A stretch of 27,829 bases of DNA from NCBI GenBank assembly GCA_964549305.1, contig CAZJVM010000002.1, forward strand, positions 1 to 27,829, written 5' to 3'. Source of the stretch: an uncultured bacterium. GTDB taxonomy: Bacteria; Schekmanbacteria; GWA2-38-11; J061. Of this stretch, positions 9,960-20,076 are shown one piece after another; the stretch's first letter is position 1, and each line of letters begins with the position of its first letter. The position numbers were made by a program, and so were the translations under genes. The notes under the pieces were generated by a model. That model saw only the letters and a program-made list of their open reading frames with translations, did not search any database and was not told the DNA's origin.

Positions 9960-10987
9960 TGTTAGGAGAAATGAACAAAATGACTAGGAATTTTAATGTT
10001 GCGGTTGCAGGTGCCACCGGTGCTGTGGGAAATGAGATGATAAGCCTGCTTGAAGAACGGGATTTTCCTGTTGGCAACTTGAAACTATTGGCATCTGAAA
10101 GATCCAAAGGCAGAAAAATCAAATTCAGAGGTGAAGAAATTTCCGTTGAAGTTCTTAACAAAAATTCTTTTAAAGACGTTGATTATGCCCTTTTCTCCGC
10201 TGGTGCGTCGAGAAGTCTTGAGTTTTGTCCCGCAGCGGCGGAAAGCGGAGCCGTGGCTATTGATAACAGCAGCGCTTTCAGAATGGACCCCGATGTGCCT
10301 CTCGTAGTGCCGGAAGTTAATCCTGATGCCGCATTTAAAAATAAGGGGATAATCGCAAACCCCAACTGTTCTACTATTCAAATGGTTGTTGCTATGAAGC
10401 CTCTTCACGATTATGCGAAAATAAAAAGAGTCGTCGTGTCGACATATCAGTCTGTTTCAGGCGCAGGCAAGAGAGCAATGGATGAACTTGCCGAACAGAG
10501 CAAAAATATTTTGAATATGAAAGAAATCAAGGCAGAAAAATTTCCCTATCAGATTGCTTTTAATTGTCTTCCCCATATAGACGTTTTTCTGGAAAACGGA
10601 TATACGAAGGAAGAAATTAAAATGGTAAATGAAACAAAGAAAATTATGGAAGACGATTCTATAGCGATAACGGCAACTACCGTAAGAGTTCCGGTTTTTT
10701 TGAGCCATTCGGAGTCTGTTAATATTGAGTTTGAAAAAGATATTTCAGTGGAAAAGGCAAGGAATCTTCTGGAAAATTTCCCAGGCATAGTAGTTGTGGA
10801 CAATGTTGGTAATCTTGAATACCCTATTGCCATCCATGCCGCGGGGAAAAATGAAGTTTTTGTAGGAAGAATCAGAAAAGATATTACTGTCAAAAGCGGA
10901 TTGGATATATGGGTTGTTGCCGACAACCTGAGAAAAGGCGCAGCGACAAATGCAGTGCAAATAGCGGAACTTCTAATCAGTCACTAA
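9959..10987 (+). CDS. asd: aspartate-semialdehyde dehydrogenase
   Basis: VAVAGATGAVG, DNSSAFRMDPDVPLVVPEVN, NPNCSTIQ (catalytic Cys), VRVPV and DNLRKGAATN motifs. Start may be ATG9959 (coupled to the pdxJ stop), 9971 or 9980. Confidence 0.96.
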   Translation: MLGEMNKMTRNFNVAVAGATGAVGNEMISLLEERDFPVGNLKLLASERSKGRKIKFRGEEISVEVLNKNSFKDVDYALFSAGASRSLEFCPAAAESGAVAIDNSSAFRMDPDVPLVVPEVNPDAAFKNKGIIANPNCSTIQMVVAMKPLHDYAKIKRVVVSTYQSVSGAGKRAMDELAEQSKNILNMKEIKAEKFPYQIAFNCLPHIDVFLENGYTKEEIKMVNETKKIMEDDSIAITATTVRVPVFLSHSESVNIEFEKDISVEKARNLLENFPGIVVVDNVGNLEYPIAIHAAGKNEVFVGRIRKDITVKSGLDIWVVADNLRKGAATNAVQIAELLISH

Positions 10988-11076
10988 GTTTGCTTTCAGC
11001 AGTTTCATTTTATGGTTTGAGGTATGATGTTTTTTAAATGGCGTGAAAGATGTAATGTTTAAAACCTTTATGTGAT

Positions 11077-11619
11077 ATGAATCTTGCCAACTGGATAACT
11101 GTCTTCAGAATACTGCTGGTTCCTTTTTTCATTATTTCTCTGCTTTACGGGAAATTCTTGGCGTCACTCTGGATCTTTTGTGTTGCGGGAATTACTGACG
11201 GAATAGACGGATATATAGCGCGGTCGTGGGGGTTGAAAACTGAACTGGGTACATACCTTGACCCGCTTGCGGACAAACTTCTTCTTGTTTCGTCATTCAT
11301 AGTATTTTCACTGAAATATCCTGATATTATACCTGTTTGGCTTACAGTCTTGGTAATCAGCAAGGATTTGATAATAATTATAGGAGTGACTATTCTCCAT
11401 TATGTTATTTCTGAGCCGTTAATTGAGCCGTCTGTTATAGGCAAAATGACTACGGCAGTTCAAGTTGTGACGATTTTCTTCTCTCTGCTTTCAAAAACAT
11501 ATTACAATCAATCTCTTTTATATATGATAGACGTTTTTGTTTATCTGACGGCAGCTTTGACCGTTGCTGCGGGAATCCAATACGTTTTCAGAGGGTCTGC
11601 TCAGCTGAACGGGAACTAA
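11077..11619 (+). CDS. CDP-alcohol phosphatidyltransferase (PgsA-like)
   Basis: NLANWITVFRI and DGIDGYIARxxGxxTELGTYLDPLADK signature; hydrophobic. Substrate specificity (PgsA versus related enzymes) is not resolvable by eye. Confidence 0.88.
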   Translation: MNLANWITVFRILLVPFFIISLLYGKFLASLWIFCVAGITDGIDGYIARSWGLKTELGTYLDPLADKLLLVSSFIVFSLKYPDIIPVWLTVLVISKDLIIIIGVTILHYVISEPLIEPSVIGKMTTAVQVVTIFFSLLSKTYYNQSLLYMIDVFVYLTAALTVAAGIQYVFRGSAQLNGN

Positions 11620-11654
11620 GATTTTGAAGCGGCACGGGAAGGGAATGTCTGTTT

Positions 11655-12959
11655 TTATTTTTTCCTGAACCTGAATTTCACGGGGAGTCCGCTTAGATCA
11701 AAAACTTCGCGCATTTTATTTTCGATATAGCGAGTATAGGTTTTCTCGATACGCTCCGGGTAATTAGTGAAAATCTGAAACAAGGGTTTTGATGCCGGAA
11801 GTTGGTGTATGTATTTCAACTTTACCATCTTGCCCGATGCCAAAGGGTGGTGGTGTTCTTTTTCTATAAATTCGAGAAACTTGTTAAGTTCCGGAGTGGA
11901 AATTTTCATCTTCATTTTTTCTGAAAGCTTAATCATTTCTCCTAATATTCTGTCTATTCCCATACTCGTCTTGGCAGAAACCGGCAGGACAATGGCATAG
12001 TCAAGTTTTCCCAGGCGCATTTTCACGAAATCGATAAACTCCTTTTTCTCCGTTTTTTCGGAAATGAGGTCCCATTTGTTGCACAGTAGAATGAATCCGC
12101 AGTTTTCTTTATGTATAAGGTTTGCTATTTTGAGGTCCTGGTCAGTTACCCCCTTGGAAGAATCAATGACGAGCATAGCCAAATCGCATAATTTTAAGGT
12201 GCGAATTCCGGTAATGGCACTTTCCTTTTCGATGTCTTCGCTTATTTTCATTTTTTTTCTGATGCCGGGGTTATCTATCAGAATCATTTTCCCGTTTTCC
12301 GACTCCAAAAGAATATCGATGCTGTCAACGGTCGTTCCGGGGATTTCACTGACGATTATCCTGTCACTACCTGTAAGGCTGTTGGCAATGGAAGATTTTC
12401 CCGCATTAGGCCTTCCCACAATTGTTGCCTTGAGAATTATTCCCTCTTCTTTTTCGGGCTGAGCATCTTCGAGAAACGATTCGATTTTTTCAAGAAGGTC
12501 CCCAATACCCATTTTATGTTGAGCCGATATGAGGATGTACTCTCCAAAGCCTAATTCGAAAATTTCATTTGCCCTTTCAGCAGCTTTTTTAACATCAGAT
12601 TTGTTTACAACCGGAATGACGACCTTCCCGGATTTTCGGACAATGAGAGCTAGCTCTTTGTCAAGTGGCAAGAGACCGCTTTTTCCGTCCACGAGAAATA
12701 TCAGAATATCCGACTTATTAACTGCTTTTAGAGTTTCTTCTCTTACCTTCTCCTTGAGCGTTTCATCGTTTTCATCATAACCGCCTGTATCGGATAAAAT
12801 AACTCTTGTGGATTCAATAGAGACCACAGTGTCAATTCTGTCTCTTGTCGTACCGGGGATATCGCTTGTGAGAGCTTTCCTTTTTCCTGCAATAACATTG
12901 AAAAGCGTTGATTTGCCCACATTGGGTCTTCCCACTATAGACACCGTTTTCATTTTCAT
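11655..12959 (-). CDS. der: ribosome biogenesis GTPase Der (EngA)
   Basis: Two tandem G domains (GRPNVGKS/DTGG/NKSD and GRPNAGKS/DNPG/NKWD) plus a C-terminal KH-like domain. Confidence 0.95.
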   Translation of the reverse strand: MKMKTVSIVGRPNVGKSTLFNVIAGKRKALTSDIPGTTRDRIDTVVSIESTRVILSDTGGYDENDETLKEKVREETLKAVNKSDILIFLVDGKSGLLPLDKELALIVRKSGKVVIPVVNKSDVKKAAERANEIFELGFGEYILISAQHKMGIGDLLEKIESFLEDAQPEKEEGIILKATIVGRPNAGKSSIANSLTGSDRIIVSEIPGTTVDSIDILLESENGKMILIDNPGIRKKMKISEDIEKESAITGIRTLKLCDLAMLVIDSSKGVTDQDLKIANLIHKENCGFILLCNKWDLISEKTEKKEFIDFVKMRLGKLDYAIVLPVSAKTSMGIDRILGEMIKLSEKMKMKISTPELNKFLEFIEKEHHHPLASGKMVKLKYIHQLPASKPLFQIFTNYPERIEKTYTRYIENKMREVFDLSGLPVKFRFRKK

Positions 12960-12970
12960 TCAATTATCCC

Positions 12971-13000
12971 AAAAAAAAAGCAGGGAATTTCACCCTGCTT
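12971..13000 (-). terminator. intrinsic terminator downstream of ihfB
   Basis: Minus strand AAGCAGGG-TGAAATT-CCCTGC followed by 9 T. Confidence 0.75.
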
Positions 13001-13035
13001 GAAAAGTTAACACATAACTGACTTTTTAGAAAATG

Positions 13036-13332
13036 CTATTCCGAGTCACTCTTTGAAGAATCAACAAGTTTTTTCAGCTCTTTACCTGCTCTAAAGAATG
13101 GAACTTTTTTAGGCGGTACATTTACTTTATCGCCTGTCAAAGGATTTCTACCGTCTCTGGAATCTCTCTGGCGAACGGTAAAAGAGCCAAACCCTCTGAT
13201 TTCAACTTTGTTTCCCACAACAAGAGCTTTTTTAATGTTTTCGAAAAAACAATTTACTACTGATTCAGTCTGTTTTTTATTTAGAAACGAGATTTGCTCC
13301 GCTACTGCTTCAATAAGTTCAGCCTTTGTCAT
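13036..13332 (-). CDS. ihfB: integration host factor beta subunit / HU-family protein
   Basis: MTKAELIE start, VEIRGFGSF, GRNPLTG and VPFFRAGKEL motifs; directly downstream of rpsA. Confidence 0.85.
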   Translation of the reverse strand: MTKAELIEAVAEQISFLNKKQTESVVNCFFENIKKALVVGNKVEIRGFGSFTVRQRDSRDGRNPLTGDKVNVPPKKVPFFRAGKELKKLVDSSKSDSE

Positions 13333-13351
13333 AACCTCTCCCTGAAATTAT

Positions 13352-15079
13352 TTATTTCGATTTCAAATCCGAATTATCAATCAAAGTTTCAAGTTTAGGT
13401 TCAAACTTTTCCTGTCCTTCAAGATAGTCCGTGACCTCTTTTTTCTCCATATCTTCGTGTAATTCTCTTATGCTGAGGCCAATCTTTTTATCTTCGCTGT
13501 CAATTCTTATAATTTTCGCTTCAATTTCCTCGCCGAGAGAAACAGCATCTTCAGGTTTACTCAAATTTTTTGTGCTTAATTCGGAAATGTGTATGAGACC
13601 TTCAATGCCTTCTTCTATTTCAATAAATGCGCCGAAGTTTGCGAATTTGATTATTTTACCCTTTATGATGTCCCCTACGTTGTATTGTTTAGCCGCTTCT
13701 TCCCACGGGTCGGGTTCGAGATGTTTCAAACTCAAAGAAACGCGTTCATTCTCTCTGTCTATTTTAAGAACTTTTGCTTTCAGCATTTCACCTTTTTTCA
13801 CAATCTCGCTGGGGTGTTTGATTTTTTTACTCCAACTCAGATCAGAAATGTGAATCATCCCGTCAATGCCTTCTTCAAGTCCTATGAAGATGCCGAAATC
13901 GGTGATGCTCTTTATCTCACCTTCGACTATTGAACCGGCAGGATATTTTACCTCGATAACATCCCAGGGATTTGGCTCACACTGTTTGAGCCCAAGTGAT
14001 ATCTTTTTAGAATCCTTGTCTGCACTGAGTACTATGGATTCTACACTATCGCCTACGGCAAGAAGTTTGGAAGGGTGTCTGATCTTTTTAGTCCATGACA
14101 TTTCCGAAATGTGAATAAGTCCTTCCACCCCTTTTTCAAGTTCTATGAAAGCACCGTAATCGGTGAGACTTACAACTCTTCCGCGAATTTTTGTGTCCAC
14201 AGGGTATTTTTCATCAACAGTGTTCCAAGGATTTTCAGTTATCTGTTTGAGTCCCAGAGATACTTTTTCTGTTTCTTTATCGAGTTTCAATATTTTTACT
14301 TTTATTTCATCGCTGATTTTAAACATTTCCGACGGATGGTTAATTCTTCCCCATGTCATATCTGTTATATGCAGAAGTCCGTCGATTCCACCAAGATCAA
14401 TGAAAACACCGTACTCGGTAATGTTTTTCACGATACCGTCTACGATTTCTCCTTCCTTTATTTTCTCCATCGTTTTAACTTTTTTCTTTTCTCTGTCTTC
14501 CTCAAGGATTTTTCTTCTCGAGATAACTATGTTACCCCTTTTGTGGTTAACATTGATTATCTTAAATTCCAGAATCTTACCTACAATGTCATCCATATTT
14601 TTCACCGGACGAAGGTCTATTTGGGAACCGGGGAGAAATGCCTTTATTCCAATATCGACGGTCATTCCACCCTTAATTCTTGACATTATTCTTCCTTCGA
14701 TTATTTCATCGTCTTCATATGCTTTAATAAGCTTTTCCCATATCTTTACTTTGAGAGCTTTTTCCCGTGAAAGAACAATCTGCCCGTTTTGGTCCTCAAT
14801 CATATCCAAGAAGATTTCAACTTCATCACCTACATTGATTTCAGACATGTTTCCCGAATGGCCGGAAAACTCATTCAGCGGAACAAACCCCTCGGATTTA
14901 TATCCCACATCGAGCATTACCGTATCAGAAGATATAGAAATAACTGTTCCGCTGATTACCTTGCCTTCCTGAAAGTTTTTCATGGTGTCGCTGTATAGCT
15001 TATCCATTTCCTCTCTGCTATACTCCTCGGTACCACTTGATTCAACTGCCTTTGATGCATCTTCTCTGGTTACATCCAT
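13352..15079 (-). CDS. rpsA: 30S ribosomal protein S1
   Basis: Six S1 repeats (DVGYKSEG, AFLPGSQID, DGLLHITDM, EGLIHISEM, DGMIHISDL, EGLIHISEL); strong GGAGGT RBS. Confidence 0.97.
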   Translation of the reverse strand: MDVTREDASKAVESSGTEEYSREEMDKLYSDTMKNFQEGKVISGTVISISSDTVMLDVGYKSEGFVPLNEFSGHSGNMSEINVGDEVEIFLDMIEDQNGQIVLSREKALKVKIWEKLIKAYEDDEIIEGRIMSRIKGGMTVDIGIKAFLPGSQIDLRPVKNMDDIVGKILEFKIINVNHKRGNIVISRRKILEEDREKKKVKTMEKIKEGEIVDGIVKNITEYGVFIDLGGIDGLLHITDMTWGRINHPSEMFKISDEIKVKILKLDKETEKVSLGLKQITENPWNTVDEKYPVDTKIRGRVVSLTDYGAFIELEKGVEGLIHISEMSWTKKIRHPSKLLAVGDSVESIVLSADKDSKKISLGLKQCEPNPWDVIEVKYPAGSIVEGEIKSITDFGIFIGLEEGIDGMIHISDLSWSKKIKHPSEIVKKGEMLKAKVLKIDRENERVSLSLKHLEPDPWEEAAKQYNVGDIIKGKIIKFANFGAFIEIEEGIEGLIHISELSTKNLSKPEDAVSLGEEIEAKIIRIDSEDKKIGLSIRELHEDMEKKEVTDYLEGQEKFEPKLETLIDNSDLKSK

Positions 15080-15121
15080 TTGTTTTTTACTACCTCCTCT
15101 TCCTTTTTTTTATCTGCAGCC

Positions 15122-15805
15122 TTAACTGCAAAGCTTTTTTTCAATATATTTAAAAAGCCGGGACAGGACTTCTGGCACATCCATTCCCGTGGTGTCAACA
15201 TAAATTGCATCATCTGCTCGCCTCAAAGGCGCGCATTCCCTTGTTGAATCGTCAAAATCTCTTTTTTTTATTTCTTCTATAAGAGCTTCTTTTGTTGTTA
15301 TTTCACCCTGTGCCTTATGGTCTTTCAGTCTTCTCAGAGCTCTTTCTTCAATTGTTGCGTCGATATAAAACTTGATATCGGCATTCGGAAAGATAACAGT
15401 GCCTATATCACGTCCATCCATAACGACACCGCCGTTTTTACCTAAATTTCGCTGAATGTCAAGCAGAGCTTTCCTCACTTGTGAATATGATGAAACTTTT
15501 GATGCCCCCATTGAAACATCACGGCTTCTGATTTTTCCCGATATATTTTCGCAGTTTGCAGTGATGACAACGCCTTCAGCGGTTTGTTCAAATGCTAAAG
15601 TAGTATTTAATGTCAATTCTGTCAATTCTTTTTCAGAATCCAAGCTTATTTTTTCTTTAATTGCAAGATATGCTATTGATCTGTAAAGAGCGCCTGTGTC
15701 GATATAAATATAATTTAGATTTGAAGCAATTTCCCTGGCAAGGGTGCTTTTCCCCGCGCCTGCAGGTCCGTCAAGCGCGATTACGAGTTTTTTTTTCTCA
15801 TTCAA
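15122..15805 (-). CDS. cmk: cytidylate kinase
   Basis: IALDGPAGAGKST, DTGALYR, VMDGRDIGTVIFPNA motifs. Confidence 0.96.
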   Translation of the reverse strand: MNEKKKLVIALDGPAGAGKSTLAREIASNLNYIYIDTGALYRSIAYLAIKEKISLDSEKELTELTLNTTLAFEQTAEGVVITANCENISGKIRSRDVSMGASKVSSYSQVRKALLDIQRNLGKNGGVVMDGRDIGTVIFPNADIKFYIDATIEERALRRLKDHKAQGEITTKEALIEEIKKRDFDDSTRECAPLRRADDAIYVDTTGMDVPEVLSRLFKYIEKKLCS

Positions 15806-15812
15806 ATTTAAA

Positions 15813-17117
15813 CTATCTTCCTTTGGTTATTTTGTTAAGCAGTTGATAAAATTGCGGGAATGAGATTTTTACGCAGTTCGCGTTCTTGATGGTCGTTACT
15901 CCTTCGGCACAAAGCGCCGCTATTGAAAAAGACATTGCAACTCTGTGGTCTGACCTGGAGTCTATTACGGTTTTTTGTAATTGTTCCGCGCCCTCTATCT
16001 TGATCCAGTCCTTTCCTTCTTCCACATGAACACCCATTTTTTTCAATCCAGTTGCCATAGCCGATATCCTGTCACTTTCCTTGAAGCGCAATTCTCCTAT
16101 ATTTCTAAAAACACTGGTTCCCCGGGCAAATGCCGCAAGAATGAAGAGAATGGGGAATTCATCAATAGCGGAAGGGACAAGTGCCTTCGGAAAATTTATT
16201 GCCTTTAACTGTGATGATTCCACGATTAAGTTACCGCAGGGTTCTCCGCAGTTTAATACTTTATTCAATATTTTATATCTGCCGCCCATTTTTTTGAATG
16301 CCTGTAAAAAACCTGTTCTTGTTTTATTTAAACATATGCCGTTTATTCGAAGTTTTGAATTTTTGATAATTGCCGCCGCGGCTATAAAAAAAGCCGCCGA
16401 GGAGAAATCGCCGGGAATCGTGAAATCTCTCCCTGTGAGCTCTTCTGGCTGTTTGGTTATATGAATTCTGTTTCCCGATATGCGTATATTTCCGCCGTAA
16501 TGTTTCAGCATTCGCTCAGTATGGTCTCTCGATTTTGACGGCTCTATTATTTCGGTTATTCCTTCTGTCTGCAGGCCTGCTAAAATCAATGCCGTCTTTA
16601 CCTGCGCGCTGGAAACTGGAAGAACATATTTTACGGATTTTAATTTTTTACCCTTGATTACAACTGGCGCCTTTGTATTCTTTTCTCTTGCGGTAATGTT
16701 TGCTCCCATCAGTTTAAGAGGCGTGACAATGCGCCCCATAGGTCTTTCCCGAAGAGAATTGTCTCCCGTTATAACGGAAAGGAAATTACGGCCTGCCAAA
16801 AGCCCTGTGAGAAGGCGTATCGTTGTTCCGGAGTTTTCCGCATTGATTACATCAGATGGTTCTTTCAAACCCTTTAAGCCATGTCCGTCTATTGTCGCTG
16901 TTTCTTCGTCTATTTGAATCGCGATGCCCATCTGCCTGAAGGCTTTCACTGTTGACATACAGTCGGCACCCTTCGAAATTCCGCTAACAGTAGAAATCCC
17001 TTTTGCTATTGATGAGAGAATTATTGCGCGATGGGTAATTGACTTGTCACCGGGGACAGTTATTTCTCCCGATAAGCTTTTGATTCCGCCCCTGATTTTT
17101 TTGGAAGAAGACTTCAT
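15813..17117 (-). CDS. aroA: 3-phosphoshikimate 1-carboxyvinyltransferase (EPSP synthase, class II-like)
   Basis: PGDKSITHRA, NSGTTIRL, SAQVK, RDHTERML, ELRFKESDRI and DHRVAMS motifs. Confidence 0.96.
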   Translation of the reverse strand: MKSSSKKIRGGIKSLSGEITVPGDKSITHRAIILSSIAKGISTVSGISKGADCMSTVKAFRQMGIAIQIDEETATIDGHGLKGLKEPSDVINAENSGTTIRLLTGLLAGRNFLSVITGDNSLRERPMGRIVTPLKLMGANITAREKNTKAPVVIKGKKLKSVKYVLPVSSAQVKTALILAGLQTEGITEIIEPSKSRDHTERMLKHYGGNIRISGNRIHITKQPEELTGRDFTIPGDFSSAAFFIAAAAIIKNSKLRINGICLNKTRTGFLQAFKKMGGRYKILNKVLNCGEPCGNLIVESSQLKAINFPKALVPSAIDEFPILFILAAFARGTSVFRNIGELRFKESDRISAMATGLKKMGVHVEEGKDWIKIEGAEQLQKTVIDSRSDHRVAMSFSIAALCAEGVTTIKNANCVKISFPQFYQLLNKITKGR

Positions 17118-17122
17118 TGATG

Positions 17123-17995
17123 TCAGTCCTTTTTACTGATTTTTTTTTTCGTTAACTGAGACTTTAAAAAGATTTTTTTCAGCTCTTCATTACGTGCCGA
17201 CTTGATCAATTCTTCAATCTTGTTTAAGCGATTTTTAAACTCGCCTGATGCTTTCAATATTTCCCTTTTATTGAGCATCGTGATTTCAGCCCAAAGATCC
17301 GGGTTGCTTTTTGCTATCCTCGTTAAATCGTGAAATCCGGGACCTGTGAATGCTTCTAAAGTGTTGCCGTGAATTTTTTTCCCGCTTACGGCATTTACGA
17401 GAAGGTACGCGATTATATGAGGAAAGTGACTTGTATGGGCAACCGCTTTGTCGTGACCGGCAGAGGAGACAACCAAGGGATTCATACCTATGCTTTTCCA
17501 AAAATGTTTCAGTTTCCGTATGTTCTTTTCTGATGACTCTTTCGTAGGCGTGAGAATAACATTTTCTCCTTCGAGAATTTTTTCGTCTGCGGATTTAATG
17601 CCTGAATTTTCCGTTCCCGCAATGGGATGACTGCCGATAAAGGGAGCTTTTTTGCCTGCCTTTTTTGTTATATTCTTAATTATTGCCCCTTTTACGCTAC
17701 CGGTATCAGTGATTAGTGAATTTTTGGAAATATTAGGCAGTATTTTGATTACTGTGCCTGCAATAAGGTCAACGGGAGTTGCAACGACTATAATATCGCA
17801 GGAGGATAAGGAATACAGATTTTCGGTGTCTTGCAGAATCTCGTCGGCAATTTTTTTTTTATATGCAAAATCAAGGGAAGAACTGTCACTGTCAACAGCA
17901 ATTATTTTCACGTCCCTGATATGTTTTTTTGCTGAAAGGGCAACCGATCCTCCAATCAATCCAATTCCGTATATGGCGATTTTTTTAATGGACAT
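17123..17995 (-). CDS. tyrA: prephenate/arogenate dehydrogenase
   Basis: GIGLIGGS Rossmann motif, TDTGSVK, GSHPIAGTE, HDKAVAHTSHFPH and GFHDLTRIA motifs; upstream of aroA. Confidence 0.92.
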   Translation of the reverse strand: MSIKKIAIYGIGLIGGSVALSAKKHIRDVKIIAVDSDSSSLDFAYKKKIADEILQDTENLYSLSSCDIIVVATPVDLIAGTVIKILPNISKNSLITDTGSVKGAIIKNITKKAGKKAPFIGSHPIAGTENSGIKSADEKILEGENVILTPTKESSEKNIRKLKHFWKSIGMNPLVVSSAGHDKAVAHTSHFPHIIAYLLVNAVSGKKIHGNTLEAFTGPGFHDLTRIAKSNPDLWAEITMLNKREILKASGEFKNRLNKIEELIKSARNEELKKIFLKSQLTKKKISKKD

Positions 17996-18294
17996 TTTAA
18001 TTTTTTACTTCTTTATTTTTATTGTCATATTTTACAAAGTATTATGGTTTTTATTATGAACAATTCAGTAATGTCAAGGATGGGATTTGCCGGCGGAATG
18101 ATAAATTATCCCAATTATATTTTTTTAATCTGATTTTGTTTAAATTTGCAATAGGGGTAATTATCGCGAATTATTCATAAACAGGAAAAGCTAAGGATTC
18201 TCCTTGTTTGAATAAAGGCAAAAAATAGTATAGAAGAAATTGATGATTTTGTAGAAACTGACAATCTTCCAATAAATTGAATGATTAGCTTGAA

Positions 18295-20076
18295 ATGAAA
18301 AGAGAGTATTACAGCAGGTTTTATTCAAACCTTAAAAACTATTTTTGGTGGTTTGCAGCAGGCATAGTTGCCGTCGTTGTTTTTGATGCTGCCACTCTCA
18401 TTATTCCCTGGATTTTAAAAATTGCCATTGAAAGTTTAAAGGACTTATCGCAGGCAAAACACTCTATTGCATATTATGCCTTTTTGATTGCCGGGCTTGC
18501 CTTCGGAGGATTCATTTTCAGGATAGTTTCCAGATTGTTTCTTTTCGGTGCGGCAAGATATATCGAGTATGACCTTAGAAAAGAGCTTTTTAGCCATTTC
18601 TTAAAGCTTTCATCGCAGTCTATTCTAAAATTCAGGACCGGAGACCTCATATCGAGAGCATCTAATGATTTAAATACAATCAAAATGTTTATCGGTTTCG
18701 GATTTCTCACAATAATAAGCACCGGGTTTACATTTATTGTGGCATTTTTAGCAATGTTCAGCTTGAGCGCTAAACTTACTCTGTTTTCGCTTGTACCTTT
18801 GCCTTTTATAATATTGGTAGTCAAGAAAGTTACTCCGGCCATGTACAAGATTTCAAGGGAAACCCAGGATAAGCTTGGAGAAATAAGCGCGCAGGTACAG
18901 GAAAACGTAAGCGGCGTACAGACCGTGAAAGCTTTTGTGCTGGAAGAAGACAGTGACAACAAGTTTTTTAGAGTAAGTAAACTATACTATGATGCCCGTC
19001 TAAAAATGATTAAATATATGGGACTCATATTTCCTCTTATGGGAATGCTTGGCGGAATAGGCACACTTATCGTTATTTGGCAGGGTGGGGCAATGGTAAT
19101 TAACGGGGACATAACCCTGGGCGACTTTGTCGCTTTCAACACTTATCTCGGTATGCTTATCTGGCCGTCTATCGCTCTTGGATGGATATTTACGCTTGTA
19201 CAAAGAGGGTTTTCTTCCTTTGAAAGAGTATGTGAGGTTTTAGACGCGCCGACTATTGTTGATCCTGAAGGAACATATGAAACTGAAGAGCTTTCCGGGG
19301 ATATCGAAATTCGCAATTTGACATTTTCTTATAACGGGAGTTGTGAAAACGGAGATAAGCGGGAGTACAGAAAGAGTATTGACAATATAAGCATTGACAT
19401 AAGAAAGGGTGAAACTCTTGCGATTGTGGGACCTACCGGTTCCGGAAAAACGACATTCGCAAAACTGTTAACAAGACTGTTGGAAACACCGGAAGGGTCG
19501 GTTTTTATCGGAGGGAAAGATATTTCGAAAGTTCCTTTAGATTTGTTCAGGCCAACTGTGGGGTATGTCCCTCAGGAGGGTTTTATATTTCACAACACGA
19601 TAAAGGAAAATATCGCCTACGGTCTTCAGGGGGCGGATTCGGAAAATGAGAAATTGATTAAAAAAGCGGCTTCAATGGCTGATTTTGAAAAAGAGATCAA
19701 TCATTTTTCCAAAGGGCTTGAAACTGAAGTGGGGGAAAGAGGAGTGACCCTTTCCGGAGGGCAAAGACAAAGGCTTACAATAGCTAGAATGCTCATATGT
19801 GATCCCGAAGTTATAGTGCTCGATGATTCTCTGTCAAGCGTTGATACACATACGGAGAAAAACATAATGGACAATATTAAAGATATTTTACTGGAAAAGA
19901 CTTCTATAATTATAACACACAGGATATCGCCTCTTAAATACGCCGACAGAATAGCGGTCATAGAAAAAGGAAAAATGACCGAGGTAGGCACTCATGACGA
20001 GCTTATGAAGAGACGTGGAACTTATTTTCAGCTTTATACAAGACAATCCCTTATGGAAGAAATGGAGGCGTTATAA
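18295..20076 (+). CDS. ABC exporter, fused permease/ATPase, subunit A of a heterodimer (MdlA/YheI-like)
   Basis: Six-TM domain; GPTGSGKT; LSGGQRQR signature; degenerate Walker B IVLDDSLSSVD. Confidence 0.92.
   Translation: MKREYYSRFYSNLKNYFWWFAAGIVAVVVFDAATLIIPWILKIAIESLKDLSQAKHSIAYYAFLIAGLAFGGFIFRIVSRLFLFGAARYIEYDLRKELFSHFLKLSSQSILKFRTGDLISRASNDLNTIKMFIGFGFLTIISTGFTFIVAFLAMFSLSAKLTLFSLVPLPFIILVVKKVTPAMYKISRETQDKLGEISAQVQENVSGVQTVKAFVLEEDSDNKFFRVSKLYYDARLKMIKYMGLIFPLMGMLGGIGTLIVIWQGGAMVINGDITLGDFVAFNTYLGMLIWPSIALGWIFTLVQRGFSSFERVCEVLDAPTIVDPEGTYETEELSGDIEIRNLTFSYNGSCENGDKREYRKSIDNISIDIRKGETLAIVGPTGSGKTTFAKLLTRLLETPEGSVFIGGKDISKVPLDLFRPTVGYVPQEGFIFHNTIKENIAYGLQGADSENEKLIKKAASMADFEKEINHFSKGLETEVGERGVTLSGGQRQRLTIARMLICDPEVIVLDDSLSSVDTHTEKNIMDNIKDILLEKTSIIITHRISPLKYADRIAVIEKGKMTEVGTHDELMKRRGTYFQLYTRQSLMEEMEAL

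Noticed and set aside
13431..14998. Several long antisense ORFs within rpsA (up to 269 aa)
   Set aside because: They are Ser/Ile/Phe-rich mirror translations expected from the codon bias of the real gene.
18005..18028. 7-codon upstream ORF (MTIKIKK) in frame with tyrA as a possible attenuator leader
   Set aside because: It has no Tyr/Phe/Trp codons and no attenuator hairpins; chance occurrence is likely in AT-rich DNA.
18097..18115. Fur-box-like AATGATAAATTATC
   Set aside because: The spacing does not fit the 7-1-7 Fur consensus, the background is AT-rich, and the flanking genes are not iron related.
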